64,000 nucleotides of DNA from NCBI GenBank assembly GCA_965215515.1, contig OZ244057.1:736001-800000 (forward strand). The letters run 5' to 3'. The notes beneath the pieces were generated by a model, which did no database searches, was not told the origin of the DNA, and saw only the letters and a program-made list of their open reading frames with translations. The translations under genes were made by a program, and so were the position numbers. Shown piece after piece: positions 29,781 to 37,536 of the stretch (its first letter is position 1; every line of letters starts with the position of its first letter). Source of the DNA: Oligoflexales bacterium. Lineage in GTDB: Bacteria; Bdellovibrionota_B; Oligoflexia; Oligoflexales; JAPPIL01.

Positions 29781-29807
29781 GTATCCGTTGTTTAGGGGGC
29801 AACTCCA
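29781..29807 (-). repeat. IS3-like terminal inverted repeat, solo copy filling the gap between convergent genes
   Basis: Minus strand TGGAGTTGCCCCCTAAACAACGGATAC, closely matching the 6351 copy TGAAGTTGCCCCTAAAAAACGGACAC. Confidence 0.65.
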
Positions 29808-29808
29808 G

Positions 29809-30663
29809 TTAGGACGCGATCCCTAGCCTGCGATTGGCCAGTTGCACGTACTGCGCATCGATTTCGTAACCGACGAAGTGTCGCCGTGCTTCTCGTGCGG
29901 CGACAGCCGTGCTGCCCGCACCCATGAAGGGGTCGAGCACGATGTCACCAGCGTATGAGTAGAGGTGGATCAAGCGCGCGGGCAGTTCGAGAGGAAAAGG
30001 GGCGGGATGCCCAACCCGCTTGGCACTTGCCGCGTTGAAACGCCAGATGCTCTTGGTGCATGCCATAAAACTATCACGTCCGATCGTGTTCTGCCGTGTC
30101 GGATAGCGCTGGAAGGAATTTTTGCAAAATATCAGGATGTATTCGTGCACATCGCGTAGGGTAGGGTTGCTCGCCGATCGCCAGCTTCCCCACGCACAGG
30201 ATGCTCCCGCACTTGCGCCTTTGTCCCAAATCACCTCGCCTCGCATCAAAAATCCGCACCGCTGGGCGATATCCACGATGTAAGCGTGCAGGGGGATGTA
30301 GGGCGACCGCCCGACGTTGGCGATGTTGACACAGGCACGTCCACCCGCCACCAGAACTCTATAAGTTTCTGCCATCACCGCTTCTAACAGTTGCTGGTAT
30401 TCGGTGAGGTCGAGATCACTGTCGTAGTCTTTTCCTACGTTGTAGGGTGGTGAAGTAATCATGAGATGCACCGAGTTGTCGGGAAGATGCTTCATATCAC
30501 GGCTATCGTGCTGGTAAATCAGATCCAGCTGGTGGGGAGGTGATTCTCGCGGCGCTGGGAGTGCACTATGTTTTTTGTGTGTGCCGTACATACGCCGACC
30601 GTAGAAAGCACTGGCATCATGCCCCTCTCGCTTAGGTGTGCCGAAGGAGGTTGTCTTGCTCAT
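29809..30663 (-). CDS. Beta-class N4-cytosine/N6-adenine DNA methyltransferase (orphan)
   Basis: Catalytic TSPPY precedes the SAM motif DPFMGAGST; HPAPFP is also present. Confidence 0.93.
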   Translation of the reverse strand: MSKTTSFGTPKREGHDASAFYGRRMYGTHKKHSALPAPRESPPHQLDLIYQHDSRDMKHLPDNSVHLMITSPPYNVGKDYDSDLDLTEYQQLLEAVMAETYRVLVAGGRACVNIANVGRSPYIPLHAYIVDIAQRCGFLMRGEVIWDKGASAGASCAWGSWRSASNPTLRDVHEYILIFCKNSFQRYPTRQNTIGRDSFMACTKSIWRFNAASAKRVGHPAPFPLELPARLIHLYSYAGDIVLDPFMGAGSTAVAAREARRHFVGYEIDAQYVQLANRRLGIAS

Positions 30664-30672
30664 GACGACAGC

Positions 30673-31815
30673 TCAGCGGTAGTGTAAATCAACCTGCAGG
30701 GCAAAGTGGTCGCTGTAGCCCGCTTCTTCAGCTTCGGTGGCTTGGAAGTTGTAGCGTCGAGGGACGTTGTTGATGGTTGAGCCAAGGAGAAATTCGCCAG
30801 GCTTTTTGTAAGTAAAAGTCTTCGTCAGCCAAGGGTGAGCAAGCACACGAAAACTACCCACATCTAGTTCAAGCCCTTTGTTGTCACGCAGATTTTTGTT
30901 GTAAAAAATACGATCGAGATTGTTCCACCTCATCTGGGGCGGAAAAAAATACGTGCCCGTAGGAGCAGCGAGGCGTTTTTTCCAGGCGATGTTTCTGTCG
31001 TTCATGAAGGCGTGCTGGGCATCGTTGAGGAGACCGTCAAACAGCTCCCGAAACGGATGAGGGTGGTCGGCGGCGATGACATTGAAATCTCCTATGACGA
31101 CGATGTTGACGCGTTGTGCCCGCCGCTGCTGATCTCTGATTAACTCAATCGCCCGCCGTGCCGCAACCATGCGTGCCTGACTCGGTGAACGTTGTGATGG
31201 CCAGTGCATGACGTAGACGATAAGCCGCTCGTGGCGGGAGGCAAGGCGAAATTCCACCTCCAGCAGGTCGCGGGTCGGAGTGGGTAGATGCTGGCCTGTG
31301 CGCAGACGGTAGGTGCGGTGTTGCCGATACGTGAACCTCCTGTTGTTGCCGTTGTAAAGCAGGGCAACGTTGATGCCACGCGGATCGCTGCCGTCGGTGA
31401 TAAGGTAGTGGGAGTAGCCGAGCTGCGCCGCCAGTGACTTGAGCACCCGTGCGTTTTCGACCTCACACAGGCCGAGAATGTCTGGTCGTCTGCCGTGCAG
31501 TACTACCTTGCGAATCTGAGCAAGCTTGATAGCTAACTTCTGCTCATTCCAATCTGTTTCCAGACAGCGTTTGCGGTAGTGCTCACTTCGTATAAGCTCA
31601 CAACCTGCCTGCTTGCCAGGGTGCGAGTGCGGCAAAAAGTCCCAGTCTCTCTTGCCCTCATCGTGGATGGTATCGAATAGGTTTTCGACATTGTAGAACA
31701 TCACCCGCAGCGAGTCTCGCCTCTCCGCAGGCGAGGGAGACGACACCGACCTTACCGCTGATGCAGCCAGGAAGAACGACAGCAGAAACAGAAGCATCGC
31801 GTACACCCTCAACAA
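30673..31815 (-). CDS. Secreted endonuclease/exonuclease/phosphatase (EEP) family protein
   Basis: Signal peptide, FYNVENLFD, GLCEVEN, HWPS, GDFN and SDH. Confidence 0.92.
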   Translation of the reverse strand: MLRVYAMLLFLLSFFLAASAVRSVSSPSPAERRDSLRVMFYNVENLFDTIHDEGKRDWDFLPHSHPGKQAGCELIRSEHYRKRCLETDWNEQKLAIKLAQIRKVVLHGRRPDILGLCEVENARVLKSLAAQLGYSHYLITDGSDPRGINVALLYNGNNRRFTYRQHRTYRLRTGQHLPTPTRDLLEVEFRLASRHERLIVYVMHWPSQRSPSQARMVAARRAIELIRDQQRRAQRVNIVVIGDFNVIAADHPHPFRELFDGLLNDAQHAFMNDRNIAWKKRLAAPTGTYFFPPQMRWNNLDRIFYNKNLRDNKGLELDVGSFRVLAHPWLTKTFTYKKPGEFLLGSTINNVPRRYNFQATEAEEAGYSDHFALQVDLHYR

Positions 31816-31825
31816 CTGCCAGATA

Positions 31826-32248
31826 TCAACCGCGTGCTATCTCACTACGGGCGAAAAAATAATCGATCTCAAACCGTGCCGTCTCCGCACTGTCAGAACC
31901 GTGCACGGTATTCTCACCGATACTCTTCCCGTATCTAGCCCTGATTGTGCCTTCCTCTGCCTGAGCGGGATCGGTTGCTCCCATGATGCGACGATAACGA
32001 GCGATAGCGTCTTCGCCTTCCAACACACCGATAACCACAGGAGCAGAGCTCATATAGGCGACCAACTCCCGAAAAAACGGGCGCTGCCGATGCACGTAGT
32101 AGAAACCTTCTGCTTCCCGCGGCGACAGACGGCACATCTTGACCGCCACTACGGACAGTCCTTGCTCCTCGCAACATCCGAGAATGCGCCAGGTGAGCTG
32201 GCGGGAAACGCCATCAGGCTTGATGATCGACAACGTCTGCTCTACCAC
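31826..32248 (-). CDS. ndk: Nucleoside diphosphate kinase
   Basis: TLSIIKPDGV, GATDP..A..GTIR and NTVHGSDS. Confidence 0.97.
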   Translation of the reverse strand: MVEQTLSIIKPDGVSRQLTWRILGCCEEQGLSVVAVKMCRLSPREAEGFYYVHRQRPFFRELVAYMSSAPVVIGVLEGEDAIARYRRIMGATDPAQAEEGTIRARYGKSIGENTVHGSDSAETARFEIDYFFARSEIARG

Positions 32249-32282
32249 TCCGCATCCTCCTCAGACACAGTCGTTAGGTTGT

Positions 32283-32561
32283 TTATTTTGCTTTAGTTCT
32301 TTGTAAGACCACGCCGCCCGTGATTTTTTCACACACACCCTCGGGTAGGTAGATCCACTCGTTAGGGTCGTTGTCTTTGGCGGCTTTGCCAGAGCAGGCA
32401 TGGCCGTTAGCCCCACAGTCGTTTTGGCCTTTCTTGACAATGCCCTTGCACTTGACGATCGTGCTGTCCTTTTTCGCCCACGAGGGGGCACCCCACACCA
32501 CACCACTGACAACCAACCCCGCGCCGACCAACGCGGAGGATACGACTTGCAACAGCTTCAT
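32283..32561 (-). CDS. DUF2282 / BufA1-family bufferin metallophore precursor
   Basis: Signal peptide, then KCKGIVKKGQNDCG..GHACSG...EWIYLPEGVCEKITGG with four conserved Cys; AAGGAG RBS. Confidence 0.85.
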   Translation of the reverse strand: MKLLQVVSSALVGAGLVVSGVVWGAPSWAKKDSTIVKCKGIVKKGQNDCGANGHACSGKAAKDNDPNEWIYLPEGVCEKITGGVVLQRTKAK

Positions 32562-32705
32562 CTCATCTCCTTCTACTTGTAAAAGACCACTACCACCGCC
32601 GCGGGTCATCACACAACCCACTCCTCTGCATAAGCTAAGGCATTGCTCACAGAAAATCTATATCTTTTTAGGTGGTGTAAGGCATTTGTCACTCGTGTAG
32701 CTCGG

Positions 32706-32737
32706 AAAGAGAAAAGCACCCGTAATGATGGGTGCTT
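32706..32737 (-). terminator. Intrinsic terminator after the HTH/IrrE-like gene
   Basis: Minus strand AAGCACCC-ATCATTAC-GGGTGCTT followed by TTCTCTTT. Confidence 0.7.
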
Positions 32738-32775
32738 CTGCGGGAAAGCTGCACGCACAAATCTAAACGCCTCGC

Positions 32776-33711
32776 TCAGAAGGCGGTGTTTGTTTGCAAA
32801 ATCTCCTTCAAGCAACGGTTCATGAAATTCTTGGATACCCAGAACGCTTCTGCCAACTGGGTAACTATGTCTTTGGCAACATCGACGTTCGCCAACTCTT
32901 TACGCACGAGGTTGGCTGGTACGAGTAGCCGCGCCGCGAAGAGGTTGCCCGTCACCTCCAGTGCATGTGGGGCATAGGCACTGAAGTCTTCGTTGTCAAA
33001 GCGTCTGACATCGAGAAAGTGTGCGGCCATCGCTTTGGCGATGCAGTAACGCATGTAGGGTTGCACTTCCATGCCTGCCTGATAAGTGATGGTGGTTATT
33101 CCCCCGCCGTCACGCTTTGCACCGATGAGTGCTCGGTTGAGTTTTTCGTATTCTGCATCACCCACTAGGCGAAGATCGGGGTAGCCTGCTACAATCTCTG
33201 GCAAGTAGAGAGGAACTTCGGTGAGGTTGATCTTGCGGTGTACCGCCACGACAGCTGTGTCGATTTCCTCCAGCGCGGGGTCGAAGTAACGGCGAAATTC
33301 GTCCTCTCGATCTTTACTCCAAGTACCAGCATGACGGCGGTAATAGTCCTTCTTGGCAGAGTCCAGGACACCAGCACTTATCGCAAAAGCACCGTAACCC
33401 TGGTACTCGTTGAAAGCTTCGTGGTAACCGAGATCACCTGCGGCAACATCGACGATAAGCTTCTCGTCAACGCCGAGATGGTCAGCTATCGACTTGACTG
33501 CCTGAATGGAACGAATGTTTTTTTTGCCATTCTTCCAGTGACTGCAATCGGCAGGATCAAAACCAAGAATCTGCCCGACATCCTGATCGATCACCCGAAT
33601 CCCACCGAACTTGTGATCGAGTACCAGCCGACAGAACTGGAAAAGACCAGCGGAATTAGGATACCTTGCCTTGCCTGCACTAACTTTAGCCATGCTCTCC
33701 ATACGACACAC
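32776..33711 (-). CDS. XRE-type HTH fused to a degenerate ImmA/IrrE (peptidase M78-like) domain
   Basis: DQDVGQILGFDPADCSHWKNGKK HTH; RYCIAKAMAA in place of RFTIAHELGH; E..GNLFAARLLVP and LAEAFWVS retained. Confidence 0.75.
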   Translation of the reverse strand: MCRMESMAKVSAGKARYPNSAGLFQFCRLVLDHKFGGIRVIDQDVGQILGFDPADCSHWKNGKKNIRSIQAVKSIADHLGVDEKLIVDVAAGDLGYHEAFNEYQGYGAFAISAGVLDSAKKDYYRRHAGTWSKDREDEFRRYFDPALEEIDTAVVAVHRKINLTEVPLYLPEIVAGYPDLRLVGDAEYEKLNRALIGAKRDGGGITTITYQAGMEVQPYMRYCIAKAMAAHFLDVRRFDNEDFSAYAPHALEVTGNLFAARLLVPANLVRKELANVDVAKDIVTQLAEAFWVSKNFMNRCLKEILQTNTAF

Positions 33712-33858
33712 CCCTCCCTTTCAAAGCACCAGACGCACAGCGCCTGACGACCCGAGCCTAAAAAAGAAAAAAAGACATTTCTGCCCGCCATCTTAGCAAA
33801 CACTCTGCTAAACGTCAACAGCTAGTTTGGAAAAAATTAACTCAGGTGTTGTCACCTC

Positions 33859-33874
33859 TGTAGATGCCCCCGTA
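33859..33874 (+). repeat. Copy of the dispersed IS3-like terminal repeat motif
   Basis: TGTAGATGCCCCCGTA, identical over 16 nt to the 6477 and 51365 copies. Confidence 0.65.
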
Positions 33875-33954
33875 CCTGTGTCCGTCGGCACTTTCGGAAC
33901 TTGACAGCCTCGCGCTATTTGCATTACACCCGAGTCCACGCTACCGCGGGTGAC

Positions 33955-34027
33955 GGGCTCATAGCTCAATGGTTAGAGCACCTGGCTCATAACCAGGCAG
34001 TTCAAGGTTCGAGTCCTTGTGAGCCCA
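33955..34027 (+). tRNA. tRNA with CAT anticodon, probably tRNA-Ile2 (lysidine); Met not excluded
   Basis: GGGCTCA...TGAGCCC-A acceptor stem, CCTGG-CTCATAA-CCAGG anticodon arm and GGTTCGAGTCC. Paired G1-C72 argues against initiator tRNA, and the acceptor stem is Ile-like. Confidence 0.93.
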
Positions 34028-34084
34028 CTTGAGGCGGACGAGGCGACCTGCCACCCAAGCACCCAAACAGTTGTCTAATACCAT

Positions 34085-37000
34085 CTAGGGCTGATAACTG
34101 ACAGTTAGCACACTGCTTTGGTAATCCTCACGCAGAGAAGAGAAGGTGGAAGCGTTGTGAGGAAAATAGGCGATCAAGCGCGCCGCGGGATCGCCTCCTT
34201 TGCTCAACGCTACCCTGCCTACTCCCCCTTTAGGGATCAGAGTGCTGTCGGGCATGCCCCAAAAACCCATTCCATCTATCGTCGGGGTGATGGTGTGCCA
34301 CACCCGTTCGTGGTCAGTGAGATAATCGGGATCAGCAATCCCCTCTAGAGCGAGACGGATACGCAAATTTCCCTCGGTATCGGTGACAACATCGCGCAAT
34401 CGTGCCGCAACTACCATCAGTGTTGCCTGATTATAGACGTTGAGCGGTAAAAGCGAGATAACTGCTTCGGTATAATTACTGGGTGTGCCCCTCACCTCGT
34501 GCGCCTTGCGAATGGCACGCATCTTGTGCGCATCGGTGAGAAAAGAAAGAAACATGTTGTCATCACGCAACGAGCCGTTACGAATCGAATCTACCGTGTC
34601 ACCGAGCAGCTCTTGTTCAGCTACACCATCGCCATCAGCATCGAACTGCACCGACAACCCGCAGTAGTTCCAGGTCGTGCGCGGATGGTAAACCTTAGCC
34701 GCGAACTGCAGCACCAGCTCTTTTTGCTCGTCAACCACCTGTTCGATGACACGATAGCCAGCCGATTGCAAATCACAGGTGCGGTCTTCTCGACGCAGAG
34801 GGTCACGACGCACGCCTGTCGTCATCCTTGCGTCACGATCGAGCAGATTGAAAAACAATACCTCACCACCGATCACACCCTCGTTAACAAGCTCGACATC
34901 TACCAGTGCTCGATAAGCATCATCTTCCGCACTTGCGTTAACGATCGCCCGCTGTGCCTTCACCCGTGACAACCGTTGCACTCCCAGCAACAGCGGTAGC
35001 CGTGCCACCACCCGCCCGTCGTTGCGTGCTTCGATATAACCATCGAGATTGGCGTAAGGCCGCGGCAATCCCTCGGCAGTGACTAAAAGTTCGAAGTCAA
35101 CCTGCTGCTGTGCTCCCGCCGCCAGAGTGATTTGGCTGGGCATGGTGAAAGCCATCCCAGACACTACGTCGGCGTGTAGGGTAAGGGTGGTTGCTTCTTC
35201 GGCGAGATTTTGGAGCACAAAATGTCCCGCCATTTTTTTGTTGGTGGAGACAAGCACACGTCCCAACGATAAAGTCGCGGGTTGAAAGATAACCTCAGCC
35301 GTGACCGCATTCCAGGCATCGACACGCCCACCACCTTGCTGGTACGTTCGATAGCGATTACCAGCAGGTGAGCGCATGAGTTTGGTATTGGCAATCAGCA
35401 TGCTCTTGATCTGCGCGGGGCTAGCCGTGGGGCGGTACTGACGCAGCAAAGCCACCACGCCGCTGATATGCGGTGCAGACATCGACGTGCCACTGGCGCG
35501 GATACCACGAACACCACGCCCCGAGAAAGCGGAAGTAATCGACACCCCAGGTGCAGCAATCTCTGGTTTGAGCAGCGAATCGAAACTGCGCGGCCCGTGA
35601 GAAGAAAAACTGGCCAGCGAATCGATCAGCTCCCTTTTCTCTAAAAAAATTTCCGCCTTGAAAGTTACCCTGACGACACCTCCCTGCATGGCTGTCTTGA
35701 TCTTTTCGCCAACACGCTTGCCGATCATTACCGCAGGAATTTCATATTTTGCCGCGCCTCCCATAGGTATGGGGGCACCATCGACGTTGTTGACCATCAC
35801 CACCCCTACTGCACCCGCGGCAACCGCACGGTTGATCTTGGCGACGAAAGTGATGAGACCGCGGTCGATAAGTGCCACCTTACCCCGCAACTGCTCTTGC
35901 TGTTCAGTGGTCAGGTCTTGCGCGGCAATCCCGATGTGATAAAGAGGAGCAACCAGCTCGCCTACCCTCGCGATTGGCTTGGCCATCGGACTTTCTACCG
36001 CCTCCGCGACCAAATTCAAATCATCGTTGCCGTTAAACTTGATCGCTGGCATCTTCCAGTTGTGTTCAGCATCGTCGACCGATGCCGCGACCGAAATAGC
36101 ATCCTCCGCGGTGGAAGGCTCACTGACGATGTAGTCGTGTGCTCCTAAATTGCCTGCCGAGGCAACCACCACCATCCCGCCTCGCAGCGCGTTGCCGATT
36201 GCATCGACATAGAGAGAGTTGGGGGCACCGAAACCCGAACCGAGCGAAAGATTAGCCACCTGGGCACGGTCACCGAGATCGAAATCCCCATTAGGATCGA
36301 GGGCATATTCCAGGGCACGGATGATCACCGTGTCGCTCGTCGAACCGTCGGCAAACACCTTGATCGCCATCAGCTGGGCATCGGGTGCAACGCCATCGTG
36401 GGTGTTCACCCCATCGCCGATTCCCGCGACAATCCCCGCCACGTGCGTGCCGTGCATCCCTTCGTCGAGGGGGTCAGGGTCACCGTGAGGGATGTGCTTC
36501 TCGATCGCACCCTCGCTGGGATCATAGCTATCTCCCACAAGATCGATACCCGCGATGACTTTACGAGTTGGAAACGTGTCAGGCTCAATCACCGCCGCAT
36601 CGTTGTTCCGATAATCGGCAATCACCCCCGCACCGCCGAAGGCCTGATGTGTATAATCGATACCCGTGTCGATGATCGCCACCCTTATGCCTTCACCCCG
36701 CACAGGCACAGGCACACCGTCACGGTTGGAGGTACGTAACTTCTCGTGCACGATGCGACTACCGATGAAGGCGGCCGAGTCGGCCGTCAGCAACTCACCC
36801 TCCTCGTCGTTCTCGTTGTCTGGATGCACCGCAAGACGGATACGTGGCGGGTCGAAGATAGTCTCGTTGGAGACCGCCTTCACCCCGTCGAGTGCCTCAA
36901 CCTCATCCCTGAGTGCGTCGGGAGCGACGATAGCGAGCGCATTGAGCACCAGGCGATAACGATAAAGTACCACCAGCTCATCCGATAAGGCTCGTAACGC

Positions 37001-37258
37001 GGTGATGACCCGCTCCTGCTCCGCCAGCAACGCCTCTTTGCGCGTGGGATCAATTATCTCACGGCCATCGGCGGTAACCTTGAGCGTGCGCAGTAACGGC
37101 TCACCCTCCAACCTCACGATCGCCACAAACTTCGTCCAAGTCTGCGGACGATTGCTGAATGCTGCAACTTCGCCCCTCGGCAAAGGCTGACAAGCAGCCA
37201 ACACCACCCCCACGAGCACAGATAATAAACACACCCGCCCCACTGACGACACGCTCAT
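34085..37258 (-). CDS. S8 subtilisin-like serine protease (Vpr-like, with PA domain), probable lipoprotein
   Basis: Catalytic triad IDTGID, HGTHVAG and SGTSMSAPH; PA domain GKVALIDRG; VLAAC lipobox. Confidence 0.95.
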   Translation of the reverse strand: MSVSSVGRVCLLSVLVGVVLAACQPLPRGEVAAFSNRPQTWTKFVAIVRLEGEPLLRTLKVTADGREIIDPTRKEALLAEQERVITALRALSDELVVLYRYRLVLNALAIVAPDALRDEVEALDGVKAVSNETIFDPPRIRLAVHPDNENDEEGELLTADSAAFIGSRIVHEKLRTSNRDGVPVPVRGEGIRVAIIDTGIDYTHQAFGGAGVIADYRNNDAAVIEPDTFPTRKVIAGIDLVGDSYDPSEGAIEKHIPHGDPDPLDEGMHGTHVAGIVAGIGDGVNTHDGVAPDAQLMAIKVFADGSTSDTVIIRALEYALDPNGDFDLGDRAQVANLSLGSGFGAPNSLYVDAIGNALRGGMVVVASAGNLGAHDYIVSEPSTAEDAISVAASVDDAEHNWKMPAIKFNGNDDLNLVAEAVESPMAKPIARVGELVAPLYHIGIAAQDLTTEQQEQLRGKVALIDRGLITFVAKINRAVAAGAVGVVMVNNVDGAPIPMGGAAKYEIPAVMIGKRVGEKIKTAMQGGVVRVTFKAEIFLEKRELIDSLASFSSHGPRSFDSLLKPEIAAPGVSITSAFSGRGVRGIRASGTSMSAPHISGVVALLRQYRPTASPAQIKSMLIANTKLMRSPAGNRYRTYQQGGGRVDAWNAVTAEVIFQPATLSLGRVLVSTNKKMAGHFVLQNLAEEATTLTLHADVVSGMAFTMPSQITLAAGAQQQVDFELLVTAEGLPRPYANLDGYIEARNDGRVVARLPLLLGVQRLSRVKAQRAIVNASAEDDAYRALVDVELVNEGVIGGEVLFFNLLDRDARMTTGVRRDPLRREDRTCDLQSAGYRVIEQVVDEQKELVLQFAAKVYHPRTTWNYCGLSVQFDADGDGVAEQELLGDTVDSIRNGSLRDDNMFLSFLTDAHKMRAIRKAHEVRGTPSNYTEAVISLLPLNVYNQATLMVVAARLRDVVTDTEGNLRIRLALEGIADPDYLTDHERVWHTITPTIDGMGFWGMPDSTLIPKGGVGRVALSKGGDPAARLIAYFPHNASTFSSLREDYQSSVLTVSYQP

Positions 37259-37536
37259 CGCTTCCTCCCCCAGGTTCTGCTAACACTTCGTTTTTTCTGC
37301 AACTTTTATATCATTATTCGCACCACAGGCAAAGCTTTTTTTCTTAAAAATTTTTTCCTTGCTTTTTTGTTAAAATACCCTAGACGCAGGGTAATATTCC
37401 TTTGTTGTTCTGTGCACATTCGTCGGCGCGGTTGATTAGTTATTTTTCTGGAGACCGATAAGTGGTATACGCGGCGCTGAGGGGGGCAAGCACATCTCTT
37501 GCCGTGGCGTTCGTATTCATTAGAAAAGAAATAACC

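Noticed and set aside
29809..31815. MTase plus EEP nuclease considered as a restriction-modification pair
   Set aside because: The EEP protein has a signal peptide and belongs to a secreted nuclease family.
32283..33711. Co-transcription of the HTH/IrrE-like gene with the bufferin precursor
   Set aside because: An intrinsic terminator at 32706-32737 separates them. A regulatory link remains unproven.
16613..34027. tRNA-anchored prophage or integrative element
   Set aside because: No integrase, phage genes or duplicated tRNA 3' end were found.
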